Of a DNA stretch of 64,000 bases, positions 48,571 to 59,032 are shown one piece after another. The stretch is from Candidatus Aerophobota bacterium (GTDB lineage: Bacteria; Aerophobota; Aerophobia; Aerophobales; JAGGXI01), in NCBI GenBank assembly GCA_021163155.1, contig JAGGXI010000014.1:2539-66538 (forward strand). The letters run 5' to 3'. The notes beneath the pieces are model-generated. The model was not told the DNA's origin and did no database searches. It saw only the letters and a list, made by a program, of their open reading frames with translations. Every line of letters begins with the position of its first letter. Position 1 is the stretch's first letter. A program made the position numbers and the translations under genes.

Positions 48571-50703
48571 TCACTCTTTTAACCTTGCTGCCAGTTTTGT
48601 ATATCTTTTAGCTATTTTGTTATTTTTTACTGCTATTGCCAAAGCTTTTGTTTGACCTATAAGGATGGCTAACTTTTTGGCTCTGGTTAGAGCAGTATAC
48701 AAAAGGTTTCTTTGTAACATTATATAATGGGAAGTAATGACAGGCATTACTATAGCTGGATATTCAGATCCCTGACTTTTATGAACACTTATAGCATAGG
48801 CTAAACAGATCTCAGCAATATCTGCCCCTTCATAAAGAACTTCTTTTTCGGAGAAGCGGACCCACAGTCTCTCCTCGCTTGAGTCTATATTACTTATCCT
48901 TCCTATATCTCCATTAAACACTTCCTTTTGATAGTTGTTTCTAAGTTGCATTACTTTATCCCCTATTTTAAATTTTGTTCTACCCCAGGAGAGAAAGTGA
49001 CTATTTAAATTAAAAACATTTTGTAAATCCTGGTTTAATCTATCCACCCCAACAACTCCCCTATAAAGAGGCGAGATAACTTGAACATCTTCTATAGGAT
49101 CCAAACCAAAATATCTGGGAATCTCTTTTTTACAGAGATTTAATATCTTCTCTCTTACTTCCTCAGGCTCCTCTTTTACTAAAAAATAGAAGTCTCGCTT
49201 CGGAGAGCCTCTTAGATAAGGAAACTTTCCTTGATTTATTCGGTGAGCATTGACCACAATTAAACTTTTTCTTGCCTGACGAAAAATATGAGTTAATTTT
49301 ACTGTTTTTATTCGGTCAGAGCTAATAATATCTTTAAGCACATTCCCCGCTCCTACCGCTGGAAGCTGATCATAATCTCCAACAAGGATGAGTCGGCAGG
49401 AAGGCTGAAGAGCACGTAAAAAAGCATACATCAGAAGAATATCCATCATAGAGGTCTCGTCCACAATGAGAAATTCCGCAGCCAGTTTTCTCTTCTCGTT
49501 TCTTCCAAAACCTTTCTCTGGAGCAAACTCTAACAACTTATGTAAAGTAGATGCTCTTTCTCCTGTAGCTTCGGATAACCTTTTTGCCGCTCTTCCAGTA
49601 GGAGCAGCAAGAGAAGCCTTTATTTTTAACTGCTGAAGAATAAGAACAATAGACCTTAACGTCGTAGTCTTTCCTGTTCCTGGACCTCCCGTGAGGACCA
49701 TTATTTTCTCAGTTAAAGCAGTCTTCACTGCTTCCATTTGCTCAATAGTAAGAATAATCCCCTGTTTCTTTTTAAGCCAATTGGTTAACTTTTCCCAGGA
49801 AATATTAAAAGCTTTTCCTTTGGTTTTCAAAAGTTCTGCTATTTTCCGAGCTGTTCCCTTTTCTGCATAATAAAAGGGAGGAAAATATACTGCATCATCC
49901 TCTGTTATTACTTTATTCTCTTTAACAAGACTCTGAATAGCTATCTTTATAGCCTCTACATCTACATTCAGCACTTTAGATGCTTTCTCTTTAAGGACAT
50001 CCCGGGGAAGAAAAATATGACCTTCTCCAGCACTATCTGTAAGAACATATCTTATACCTGCTTTTATTCGTAAGAGAGAGGTCTCTTTTATCCCTAAATT
50101 AGCAGCAATGGAATCCGCAGTTTTGAATCCTATCCCAAAAATATCTTCAACCAGCTGGTAAGGGTTTTCTCTTAACTTCTCAATAGTTTCCTCTCCGTAA
50201 GCCTTGTATATCTTGACAGCAAATAGAGAACTTACTCCGTAAGAGTGAAGAAAAACCATTATCTCTTTTATCTTTTCCTGTTCCCGTAAAGAGGAGGTTA
50301 TTTTCTCCTTTCTTTTTGGTCCTATCCCTGGTACTTCTTCCAGCCTTTTTGGACTTTTCTCTATTATCTCAAGAGAATCTTTTCCAAAATGGCCTACAAT
50401 TCTGTCTGCAGTTACAGGACCAACTCCCTTAATCATTCCTGAACCGAGGTATTTTTTAATCCCTTCGATGGTAATGGGAGTCAGTTTCTTGTAAGTATTT
50501 ATTTTAAACTGCTTTCCATACTTAGGATGGCCAACCCACCATCCTTCAATCTGCAAGGCTTGTCCGGAACTTGCCTCGGCTATATTTCCTACTAAAGTGA
50601 GAAGACGACCTGGATATCGGAGAGAAGAAAACCTGGCTACTAAATAATCATTCTTTGGATTATAATAGACTATCCTTTCTATTGTTATCTCTATTTTTTC
50701 CAT
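48571..50703 (-). CDS. recD2: RecD2-type SF1B DNA helicase
   Basis: 710-aa ORF. N-terminal OB and HhH modules, Walker A LTGGPGTGKTT, Walker B LIVDETSM and C-terminal SH3-like region. Confidence 0.9.
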   Translation of the reverse strand: MEKIEITIERIVYYNPKNDYLVARFSSLRYPGRLLTLVGNIAEASSGQALQIEGWWVGHPKYGKQFKINTYKKLTPITIEGIKKYLGSGMIKGVGPVTADRIVGHFGKDSLEIIEKSPKRLEEVPGIGPKRKEKITSSLREQEKIKEIMVFLHSYGVSSLFAVKIYKAYGEETIEKLRENPYQLVEDIFGIGFKTADSIAANLGIKETSLLRIKAGIRYVLTDSAGEGHIFLPRDVLKEKASKVLNVDVEAIKIAIQSLVKENKVITEDDAVYFPPFYYAEKGTARKIAELLKTKGKAFNISWEKLTNWLKKKQGIILTIEQMEAVKTALTEKIMVLTGGPGTGKTTTLRSIVLILQQLKIKASLAAPTGRAAKRLSEATGERASTLHKLLEFAPEKGFGRNEKRKLAAEFLIVDETSMMDILLMYAFLRALQPSCRLILVGDYDQLPAVGAGNVLKDIISSDRIKTVKLTHIFRQARKSLIVVNAHRINQGKFPYLRGSPKRDFYFLVKEEPEEVREKILNLCKKEIPRYFGLDPIEDVQVISPLYRGVVGVDRLNQDLQNVFNLNSHFLSWGRTKFKIGDKVMQLRNNYQKEVFNGDIGRISNIDSSEERLWVRFSEKEVLYEGADIAEICLAYAISVHKSQGSEYPAIVMPVITSHYIMLQRNLLYTALTRAKKLAILIGQTKALAIAVKNNKIAKRYTKLAARLKE

Positions 50704-50954
50704 AATAGTTTTTTAATTTTTCCTTATCTTTAGTATAATCTAAATTTTATAGCAATCCGAAAGTAAGTCAAACTCGACTTTCCAACAATTGAGCCTGGAT
50801 TTGATGCGAATGCTTGATAATGTTTAAAATTTTTAGTATAATAATGACTAAAGGTTACACTGGTAATATTAAACAATTAAGGCTATGGAAATTTTTTAAT
50901 AAATTTTCTAAAAATATAAAAGTAAATAATAAGTTATACTGGACGGAGGAAAAA

Positions 50955-51284
50955 ATGAATAAAAAGGTAATTTTTAATCAAGACAGCTGGGAAGAAAAGG
51001 TTTTGAATTCAAATCTTCCGGTAATGGTAGATTTTTGGGCTGAATGGTGCGCTCCTTGCCATATAATAGCCCCTTTAATAGAAAAAATGGCTGAAGAATA
51101 TCAAGATAAAGTCAAGGTAGGCAGATTAAATGTAGACGAAAATCCTAATATTGCAACTAAATATAAAATTAGAGGTATACCCACTCTTTTATTTTTCAAA
51201 AATGGTCAAGTAGTAGATCAAGTTGTGGGGGTAACTCCAGAGTATGTACTAAATAAAAAATTAAAAAATTTAACAAATCAGTAA
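50955..51284 (+). CDS. trxA: Thioredoxin
   Basis: WCAPC active site (DFWAEWCAPCH). Start assigned to the ATG at 50955, which follows GGAGGAAAAA; the ORF track starts at 50814. Confidence 0.9.
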   Translation: MNKKVIFNQDSWEEKVLNSNLPVMVDFWAEWCAPCHIIAPLIEKMAEEYQDKVKVGRLNVDENPNIATKYKIRGIPTLLFFKNGQVVDQVVGVTPEYVLNKKLKNLTNQ

Positions 51285-51300
51285 ATTTCAAGAGGTATTT

Positions 51301-53202
51301 ATGCTCCTAATAAGAGGAGACAATATATCAAAGTCTTACGGCGATAAACTTATTATAAAAGAGAGCTCTTTTCAAATAAGCGAGAAGGAAAAGATCGGGC
51401 TTATTGGAGCTAATGGAGTAGGCAAGACTACTCTTTTAAAAATTATTTCAGGAGAGATTGAACCCGATAATAAAGGAAAAATTGTTAAAAAAAAGAACTT
51501 AAATATTGGTTATTTAACCCAGGAAATAAACCTTAATCCTAAGAATACTCTTTATAATGAGGGAATAAAGACATTTAATGAAACCCTGATGATTAAAGAA
51601 AAGATGGACAACTTAACCAAAATAATGGAAAAAGAGAAAGACAATCTTAATAAAGCTATCAGGGAATATGGAGAGCTGCAAGAAAAATTTGAGAATAGTG
51701 GTGGATACACTTATGAAGCTCGATTAAAAGCTGTGTTCTATGGACTCGGTTTTAAAAAGAGTGACTGGAGAAGATTGGTGGAACATCTTAGTGGGGGAGA
51801 AAAATGCCGACTTGCTTATGCTAAACTCTTTTTGAGAGAACCCCATTTATTATTATTGGATGAACCTACCAATCATCTTGATATTGAGGCAACTGAGTGG
51901 CTGGAGAAATATCTGATAGACTATGAAGGAGCAATGGTAGTTATTTCTCATGATAGATACTTTTTGGATAGAGTTGTGCAAAAAATCTGGGAACTTGAAG
52001 GAAAAGAGCTAAAACACTACTCAGGGAACTACACCCATTACTTAAAAGAGAAAGAAGAAAAAATTAAACAGCAAGAAAAAAGATATAAACTCCAGGAAAG
52101 GGAAATTAGCCGTCAGGAGGAGTTTATTAAAAAAAATATTGTTGGCCAGACAACAAAACAAGCCCAAAGTCGAAGAAAGATGCTCAATAAGATGGATAGG
52201 ATTGAAAGACCTCAAAGAGAGAAAAAAATAGCTATTAGTTTCTCGCCCAAATTGCGGGGAGGAAATAAAGTGCTTGAAGTCTCTCGTCTCACCAAATCTT
52301 TTAAAGAAAAACTCCTCTTTAAAAATCTAAGCCTTAAGATAGAAAGAGGTGAGCGTATAGGAATTATAGGACCTAATGGAACAGGGAAGACTACTTTATT
52401 AAAAATAGTTATAGGAAAGGAGAAGTCTAACGGGGGCGAGGTAAAAGTAGGCAAAGGAATTAAGATAGGATATTATGACCAGCATTTAGCAGAACTTAAT
52501 CCTGAAAATTCTGTTCTAAAAGAGATATGGTCAATAAATCCTGAAATGAAGATTGAGAAGGCACGCTCATTCTTAGGAAGATTTCTATTTACTCAAGAAG
52601 ACGCATTTACTTCTGTAAAGAATTTAAGTGGAGGAGAAAAGGCGAGAGTGCTTTTAGCTAAGATAATGTTATCTGGGGTAAATTTTCTTATCCTTGATGA
52701 GCCAACAAATCATCTCGATATAAGCTCGAGAAGAATTTTAGAAAAAGCTCTTGTAGATTATGAGGGGACTATTCTGGTTGTCTCCCATGATAGATATTTT
52801 CTGGATAAAATAGTAGAAAAGATTATCTATTTTGGCAAAGGTAGTAATGTAGAGATTTATTCGGGAAATTACTCTTACTTTTTAGAGAAAAAAAGAGAGA
52901 AAGAAAAACTACTAAAAGAAGAAAAAAAGCCAAAAAAGGTAAAAATAAAGAGGGCTAAAAGAAAGTCCCCCAAAAGAGTCTCCATATTATCCAGTTTTAA
53001 GGAAATCGAAGATAAAATTATCTTCTTAGAAAAAGAGAAGGAGAAGATAACCCAAGAATTGGAAAAAAATGAAATTTATCAGGATACAAAAAAGTTAAAT
53101 AATTTAATTGGGAAATATCAAGAACTTTCCCAAAAACTGGACATTTTCTACGACGAATGGGAGAGAAGCGCCTTATCTTTAAAGGGATTCGCAAAGACTT
53201 AG
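51301..53202 (+). CDS. ABC-F family ATPase (two tandem ABC domains, no TMD)
   Basis: 633-aa ORF. Two Walker A sites (GANGVGKTT, GPNGTGKTT), two LSGGE signatures and a Lys-rich C-terminal coiled-coil. Confidence 0.9.
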   Translation: MLLIRGDNISKSYGDKLIIKESSFQISEKEKIGLIGANGVGKTTLLKIISGEIEPDNKGKIVKKKNLNIGYLTQEINLNPKNTLYNEGIKTFNETLMIKEKMDNLTKIMEKEKDNLNKAIREYGELQEKFENSGGYTYEARLKAVFYGLGFKKSDWRRLVEHLSGGEKCRLAYAKLFLREPHLLLLDEPTNHLDIEATEWLEKYLIDYEGAMVVISHDRYFLDRVVQKIWELEGKELKHYSGNYTHYLKEKEEKIKQQEKRYKLQEREISRQEEFIKKNIVGQTTKQAQSRRKMLNKMDRIERPQREKKIAISFSPKLRGGNKVLEVSRLTKSFKEKLLFKNLSLKIERGERIGIIGPNGTGKTTLLKIVIGKEKSNGGEVKVGKGIKIGYYDQHLAELNPENSVLKEIWSINPEMKIEKARSFLGRFLFTQEDAFTSVKNLSGGEKARVLLAKIMLSGVNFLILDEPTNHLDISSRRILEKALVDYEGTILVVSHDRYFLDKIVEKIIYFGKGSNVEIYSGNYSYFLEKKREKEKLLKEEKKPKKVKIKRAKRKSPKRVSILSSFKEIEDKIIFLEKEKEKITQELEKNEIYQDTKKLNNLIGKYQELSQKLDIFYDEWERSALSLKGFAKT

Positions 53203-53225
53203 ACGCAAAAAAGAGAGGAATAATT

Positions 53226-54212
53226 ATGAGTTTAAATATTTTATCCAGAAATGAAATTTTTTCGAAAGAGGCAAAATGGCGGCACCCAGGAGGTTCAGAA
53301 TACCTGACTATGTACTCCAGTGTTTTTGGAGGGGTGGTAACAGACCCTTCCTTAATGGTGATCCCCATAGACGACCATATAGTACACCGTGGAGATGGTA
53401 TTTTTGAAGCTTGTAAATGTGTAAATGGATATATCTACAATTTTGATGCTCACCTATCCAGATTACGAAGGTCTGCAGAGTTAATCTCTCTAAAACTACC
53501 CTTTAACCTGAATCAAATCAAACAGATTGCTATAGAAACTGTAGCTATAACAGGTGTTAAAGATTGCAATTTGCGTATTTTTATTTCTCGGGGAATAGGG
53601 GGATTCAACTGTGAGCCAAAGGAGTGCCACAAAAGCAACCTTTATATCGTTGTTGTAAAAACTGCGCCTCCCCCACCCCATTTTTATACCAAAGGAGTGT
53701 CTGTAGCAACAAGCCGAATTCCTACTAAACCACTCTTTTTTGCTCAAGTTAAATCCTGCAATTATTTGCCTAATGCAATGATTGATATGGAAGCAGAACG
53801 AAATAAGGTAGATTTTGCCATTACGCTTGACCAGCAAGGATATCTGGCAGAGGCAGCAACCAAAAGTGTAGCCATTGTGAGCAGACAAAAGGTATTCATC
53901 TACCCCAAGTTTGACAATATTCTTAAAGGCACCACCTTGCTAAGAGCAGTTGATTTTGCTAAAGACTTGATTGAAAAAAGAGATTTAAAGGGAATTTCAT
54001 GCACAAATATTTCGAGAGAAGAGGCCTATAATAGTTCAGAGATGCTTTTATTTAGCACTACTCCCAATGTGCTTCCCATAGTCAAATACGATGGAAAAGC
54101 AATTGGCAACGGAAAACCAGGACCTATCTTTCGCCAATTACAAGAACTTTTTCAAAAAGATATAAGAGAAAATAAAAAGATTCTCACGCCCATTTTTAAA
54201 AAGCAAAAGTAA
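53226..54212 (+). CDS. Class-IV (fold type IV) aminotransferase (branched-chain / D-amino-acid aminotransferase family)
   Basis: DDHIVHRGDGIFEA... region and fold-IV pattern. Start taken at the ATG at 53226 after AGAGAGGAA; the ORF track starts at 53157 inside the ABC-F gene. Confidence 0.75.
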   Translation: MSLNILSRNEIFSKEAKWRHPGGSEYLTMYSSVFGGVVTDPSLMVIPIDDHIVHRGDGIFEACKCVNGYIYNFDAHLSRLRRSAELISLKLPFNLNQIKQIAIETVAITGVKDCNLRIFISRGIGGFNCEPKECHKSNLYIVVVKTAPPPPHFYTKGVSVATSRIPTKPLFFAQVKSCNYLPNAMIDMEAERNKVDFAITLDQQGYLAEAATKSVAIVSRQKVFIYPKFDNILKGTTLLRAVDFAKDLIEKRDLKGISCTNISREEAYNSSEMLLFSTTPNVLPIVKYDGKAIGNGKPGPIFRQLQELFQKDIRENKKILTPIFKKQK

Positions 54213-54230
54213 AAAAACAAAATTGCCATG

Positions 54231-54321
54231 AGGCCCCTGAAAAACCTCCAGGGCCCTCAATTTGTGTAATTTGGATTTTTATCTGCGAAATCAGAGATTT
54301 TTGACTTTTTTAGAAATCTCT
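54231..54321 (+). repeat. Family-2 repeat, subtype A copy (stem with compensatory substitutions)
   Basis: gaggcccctgaaaaacctccagggccctcaatttgtgtaatttggatttttatctgcgaaatcagagatttttgacttttttagaaatctct. Confidence 0.6.
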
Positions 54322-54332
54322 ATAAAAGTTGG

Positions 54333-54360
54333 TTGACAATTCTAAAAAATTGTATATAAT
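54333..54360 (+). promoter_or_regulatory. Sigma-70-like promoter candidate for the ROK regulator gene
   Basis: ttgaca (54333-54338), 16-nt spacer, tataat (54355-54360), the latter within tgtatataat. Lies about 75 nt upstream of the 54438 start, immediately 3' of the family-2 repeat. Confidence 0.45.
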
Positions 54361-54437
54361 AAGGTCAATACTTGATTCAATGAAGAAAGTAACCCTTCAT
54401 CCTTAAGAAATAAAAAATACAACATATAGGAAACAAA

Positions 54438-55700
54438 ATGGATAATATTCGTCGCGGAAATAGACAATTAATTAAAGAACTAAACAGAACCTTTGTGGTC
54501 AACACTATTTTAAAATATGAACCTATTTCCCGAACAAAAATTGCTGAACTTACAGAACTCAGTCTTTCCACAGTCTCTAATATTGTAGCCTCGTTAATAG
54601 AAAAGGGATTGGTGCAAGAAACAGGAGAAGATAAATCTAAAGGAGGACGGAAACCTATAATGCTTGAACTAAATCCGAGAATAGGATTAGCAATAGGGAT
54701 AAAGATTGGTCTGGATGGCATTGTTGCAGCATTAGTTAATTTAAAAGGCACTGTTTTATACCAAATTTCCCGCTCTATTCCTCCCAAAAAAGACAAAAAA
54801 AATGTAATTAAGAGCGTTGTAGAGGTAATTAGAAATCTAGTTAAGGAAGCTCGGATAGACTTTGGTCATGTTATTGGATGCGGGATAGGAGTATCAGGAC
54901 TGGTAGATAGCAGTTGCGGAGCTTTGATTTATTCTGCTATTTTAGGTTGGAAGAATATACAATTTAAAAAACTTTTGGAGAAAGAATTTAATATTCCCGT
55001 TTTTGTGGATAAGGATGTAAATGCTTTAGCTTTAGGAGAAAGGCGATACGGTGCTGCTCGGGGAATCAATAATTTTGTCTGTATAACAATTGGCACAGGA
55101 ATTGGTGCAGGAATTATATTAAATGGAGAAATATACCATGGTAACTCTGGAGGAGCAGGGGAATTAGGGCATACAATAATAGATAAGAATGGACCTTTAT
55201 GCTACTGTGGTAAACATGGCTGTCTGGAAACTTTTTCTTCCGAGAGCTTCATCATTAAAGAGGCAAAAAAAGCACTGATTAAAGGGGAAAAAACACTCAT
55301 AAAAAATCTTCTGAATAATAACGATTTAGATAATCTTTCAGTATCTACCATTATAGAGGCTGCATATAAGGGAGATACAATAGCTAAGAATATCTTTGAA
55401 CAAGCAGGCAAAAACTTAGGTATTGGAATTAGTAATTTTATTAACATTGTTGACCCGGAAATGATTCTTATGGAGGGAAGAGGAATGGAAGCAGGTAAAT
55501 TTATTCTCCGTCCTATGCAAAAAGCTATTAAAGAAAATTCCCTCTTAAAAAAGGATATCAAAATTTTTTCTTCCCGGTTAGGGAAAAAAGGCTGGGTTAT
55601 TGGGGCAGCAGAATTAGTTCTTAAGGAAATATTTAAAGCTCCCATTTTTAAATCTAAAAAGAAAGATAAAATTAGGTCCACTGTTGCTCAATGGGTTTAA
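54438..55700 (+). CDS. ROK-family transcriptional regulator (N-terminal wHTH plus sugar-kinase-like domain)
   Basis: 420-aa ORF. wHTH (ISRTKIAELTELSLSTVSNIVASL), ROK glycine-rich motifs (GIGAGIILNG) and Zn-binding CYCGKHGCLE. Confidence 0.85.
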   Translation: MDNIRRGNRQLIKELNRTFVVNTILKYEPISRTKIAELTELSLSTVSNIVASLIEKGLVQETGEDKSKGGRKPIMLELNPRIGLAIGIKIGLDGIVAALVNLKGTVLYQISRSIPPKKDKKNVIKSVVEVIRNLVKEARIDFGHVIGCGIGVSGLVDSSCGALIYSAILGWKNIQFKKLLEKEFNIPVFVDKDVNALALGERRYGAARGINNFVCITIGTGIGAGIILNGEIYHGNSGGAGELGHTIIDKNGPLCYCGKHGCLETFSSESFIIKEAKKALIKGEKTLIKNLLNNNDLDNLSVSTIIEAAYKGDTIAKNIFEQAGKNLGIGISNFINIVDPEMILMEGRGMEAGKFILRPMQKAIKENSLLKKDIKIFSSRLGKKGWVIGAAELVLKEIFKAPIFKSKKKDKIRSTVAQWV

Positions 55701-55710
55701 AAAACCTTTG

Positions 55711-55800
55711 AAAAAACCTCCAGAGTTCTCTGATTACACAGATTTTTAAAAATGATTACACTGATTTATCAGAGATTTCTGACCTTTTTAGAAATCTCTA
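55711..55800 (+). repeat. Family-2 repeat, subtype B copy
   Basis: gaaaaaacctccagagttctctgattacacagatttttaaaaatgattacactgatttatcagagatttctgacctttttagaaatctct. Confidence 0.55.
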
Positions 55801-55896
55801 AAAGAAGTAAAAATTTAAATGATAAGGAGGTGATGAATCTTAAAAACAGAGAGATCGTTCTTTTTGTAAGGAAAATATACATAGAAGGAGGAAAAG

Positions 55897-57174
55897 ATGT
55901 ATAAAAAATTTTTAACTTTCATAATGGTGATATTATTGGTTGGTGTAGTTGCGGTTCCTGCTTTTGCCCAACAAAAAACTGTAAGCATACTTGGTGTATG
56001 GGGAGGTCATGAGAAGGATGCGTTTATAAAGACACTGGAACCATTTGAGGCAGCAACTGGTATTAAGGTAGAATTTACAGGAACACGCGACCTTCCGGCT
56101 GTGTTAACCACACGGGTAGCTGCTGGTAATCCACCTGATATCTCTATCTTACCCAATCCTGGTCAGATGGAGGATTTAGCTAAAATTAAAGTATTAGTTG
56201 ATTTAAGTACCTTTATGAATATGGACAAGCTGCAAAGTGATTATGCGAAAACCTGGCTTAATTTAGGAAGCTATAAAGGGAAACTTTATGGTATCTACAC
56301 TGGGGTAAGTCTTAAGAGCCTTGTCTGGTATAATCCTAAGGCATTCAAAGAGGCTGGATATAAAGTACCTAAAACTTGGGATGAGTTGATTGCTCTCTCC
56401 GACAGAATTGTTGCTGATGGCAAAGCTCCCTGGTGTATTGGCCTTGAAAGCGGTGCTGCCAGTGGCTGGCCAGGAACCGATTGGATTGAGGATATCATGC
56501 TTCGAACCGCTGGACCGGAAGTCTACGACAAATGGGTTAACCACGAGATTTCATGGACAAGCCCTCAGGTAAAGCATGCCTTTGAACTCTTTGGTAAGAT
56601 TGCTTGCAATGAGAAATATTTGTATGGAGGAACAGCAACTGAGCTCACTGCCAACTTTGGTGATTCCCCAAATGCTTTGTTCACTAGCCCACCATCTGCT
56701 TATATGCACAAACAGGCAACCTTTATCACGAGTTTTATCCTCAAGTATAATCCGAATTTAATCCCAGGCATAGATTTCACTTTCTTTTCATTTCCACCAA
56801 TTGACCCGAAGTATGGTGCCCCGGCATTAGGAGGAGCTAATGTATTTGTTATGTTCAATGATACCCCAGAGGCCGAAGCTCTTATGCGGTACTTAGCTAC
56901 GCCTGGTTTTGAAGAGATTTTAGTTGCTGAAACTGGTTGGCTCTCAGCTAATAGACGGGTGAGTTTAGGGGCCTATCCCGATGAACTTACCCGCAAGGCT
57001 GCTCAGATATTAATCCAGGCTCCAAGCTTTCGCTTTGATGGGTCTGATTTAATGCCTGCCTCTATAGGTTCTGGCTCATTCTGGACTGGTATACTGGATT
57101 ATGTTGGTGGTGAAAATCTTGGCACAGTTCTTAAAAAGATTGAAGACAGTGCTGTTGAGGCTTATAAGAAATAA
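55897..57174 (+). CDS. Sugar ABC transporter substrate-binding protein (SBP family 1, MalE-like)
   Basis: 425-aa ORF with a signal peptide and the family-1 SBP pattern. GAAGGAGGAAAA SD. Confidence 0.85.
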   Translation: MYKKFLTFIMVILLVGVVAVPAFAQQKTVSILGVWGGHEKDAFIKTLEPFEAATGIKVEFTGTRDLPAVLTTRVAAGNPPDISILPNPGQMEDLAKIKVLVDLSTFMNMDKLQSDYAKTWLNLGSYKGKLYGIYTGVSLKSLVWYNPKAFKEAGYKVPKTWDELIALSDRIVADGKAPWCIGLESGAASGWPGTDWIEDIMLRTAGPEVYDKWVNHEISWTSPQVKHAFELFGKIACNEKYLYGGTATELTANFGDSPNALFTSPPSAYMHKQATFITSFILKYNPNLIPGIDFTFFSFPPIDPKYGAPALGGANVFVMFNDTPEAEALMRYLATPGFEEILVAETGWLSANRRVSLGAYPDELTRKAAQILIQAPSFRFDGSDLMPASIGSGSFWTGILDYVGGENLGTVLKKIEDSAVEAYKK

Positions 57175-57295
57175 GTTAAAGATAGTTGAGGGGGAGTGTT
57201 TTACATTTCCCCTCAACTTTTAATCTACGATAGCCAAATTTAATTTACCATTATAGCCTATAGTATAGGCTCTTTAGATAAAAGAGAGGTAAGGT

Positions 57296-58162
57296 ATGCA
57301 TACAAAATCATCTACTCCCTGGTTATATCTTGGGCCAGCGTTAGCTATATTAACCTTCTTTTTGATTTATCCTTCCGTAAATACAATTTATCTTTCCTTC
57401 TTTGGTAAAAACTCCAGGAGCTTTGTTGGAGCAAAAAACTATGTTTATGTCTTCACCAATAGGACTATGCTAACAGCTCTTCGGAATAATGCTCTGTGGG
57501 TAGCAATTTTTGTCCCCTCGACTGTATTTCTGGGATTAATCTTTGCTGTGATGCTGGATCGTGTAAAATATGAGACAGTTATCAAATTTATTATCTTTAT
57601 GCCTATGGCAATATCCTTTGTTGGCGCCAGCGTGATATGGAAGTTTGTTTACGCCTACCGACCAGCCTCTGCCCCACAAATCGGACTTCTCAATGCTTTT
57701 CGGGGAATTTTCCATTTTATCCCCCTGCCCTGGCTGATTGAAAGACCATTAATTAATAATTTTTGCCTTATTGTCGTTGGAGTATGGGTATGGACAGGAT
57801 TTTGTATGGTTATACTATCAGCTTCGTATAAAAGTCTTCCTAAACAGTTATTAGAGGCAGCTCGCATTGATGGAGCTAACGAGTGGAAGGTTTTTTGGAA
57901 AATCATCTTTCCCCTGATGATACCGACCATCACTGTGCTTATCACCACACAGGTAATAAATGTGCTAAAGGTATTCGACATTGTCTACGTTATGACCAAC
58001 GGTAACTTCGGCACAGAAGTCATTGCCAATAGGATGTATAAGGAGATGTTTAATTTCAGAAACTTTGGAAGAGCGAGCACTATCGCTGTAGTTCTCCTCT
58101 TATTTATTCTTCCAATAATGCTGGTTAATCTCAATAGGTTCAGACGGCAGGGGGCAAAATAA
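57296..58162 (+). CDS. Sugar ABC transporter permease (MalF/UgpA-like)
   Basis: 288-aa ORF with 6 TM helices and an EAA loop (LLEAARIDGANEWKVFWKI). Confidence 0.9.
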   Translation: MHTKSSTPWLYLGPALAILTFFLIYPSVNTIYLSFFGKNSRSFVGAKNYVYVFTNRTMLTALRNNALWVAIFVPSTVFLGLIFAVMLDRVKYETVIKFIIFMPMAISFVGASVIWKFVYAYRPASAPQIGLLNAFRGIFHFIPLPWLIERPLINNFCLIVVGVWVWTGFCMVILSASYKSLPKQLLEAARIDGANEWKVFWKIIFPLMIPTITVLITTQVINVLKVFDIVYVMTNGNFGTEVIANRMYKEMFNFRNFGRASTIAVVLLLFILPIMLVNLNRFRRQGAK

Positions 58163-59025
58163 TGAGAAAAAAAAGGTTAACCAAAACTATCTCACGTATG
58201 CCACTTCATACTATAGTTATTCTCGTTGCTTTAATATGGATACTTCCTGCTATGGGTGTTCTGGTAACTTCATTTAGATTCCCTCATGATGTGGCATCCA
58301 CTGGTTGGTGGGTGATGTTCAAAAATCCATTTAATAGTGCTCAATACACTCTCGAAAACTATATAGCTGTAATTACTCAATGTGGTATAGGACGGGCTTT
58401 CTTAAATAGCTTTATAATTACAATTCCTGCAACTGTATTGCCCATTATTATAGCCGCATTTGCAGCCTTTGCCTTTGCTTGGATGAGATTTCCTGGTCGC
58501 CAGAGTCTTTTTGTAATATTAGTGGGTCTTTTAGTAGTTCCCCTTCAGATGACTTTAATCCCGATTCTACGTGTCTTTAATCGGTTAGGACTCTCTGGCA
58601 CCTTTCCTGGGATCTGGTTGGCTCACACCGGTTACGGACTTCCCCTTGCTATGTATTTATTGCATAACTCCGTTGCAGGCCTGCCTGGTGATCTATTTGA
58701 CTCTGCAGAAATAGACGGTGCTTCTTCTTTCTATATTTTTTTCCGACTGGTGTTACCGCTTTGTCTACCTGCCATCGCCTCACTTGCTATCTTTCAATTC
58801 CTCTGGATATGGAATGACCTTTTGGTAGCTCTTGTTTATTTAGGGGGAGCGCCTAGTGTAGCACCTATCACAGTTCAAGTAAGTAGTCTGGTTGGCTCCT
58901 ACGGCCAAGCATGGGAACTGTTAACTGCAGCAGTATTTATCTCTATAATTCCACCACTTATTTTATTTTTCAGCTTACAACGCTATTTTGTGCGGGGTAT
59001 CTTAGCGGGGTCAATCAAGGAATAA
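58162..59025 (+). CDS. Sugar ABC transporter permease (MalG/UgpE-like)
   Basis: 287-aa ORF with an EAA loop (SAEIDGASSFYIFFRLVLP). Its start overlaps the stop of the preceding permease gene by 1 nt. Confidence 0.9.
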   Translation: MRKKRLTKTISRMPLHTIVILVALIWILPAMGVLVTSFRFPHDVASTGWWVMFKNPFNSAQYTLENYIAVITQCGIGRAFLNSFIITIPATVLPIIIAAFAAFAFAWMRFPGRQSLFVILVGLLVVPLQMTLIPILRVFNRLGLSGTFPGIWLAHTGYGLPLAMYLLHNSVAGLPGDLFDSAEIDGASSFYIFFRLVLPLCLPAIASLAIFQFLWIWNDLLVALVYLGGAPSVAPITVQVSSLVGSYGQAWELLTAAVFISIIPPLILFFSLQRYFVRGILAGSIKE

Positions 59026-59032
59026 TTAGAGG

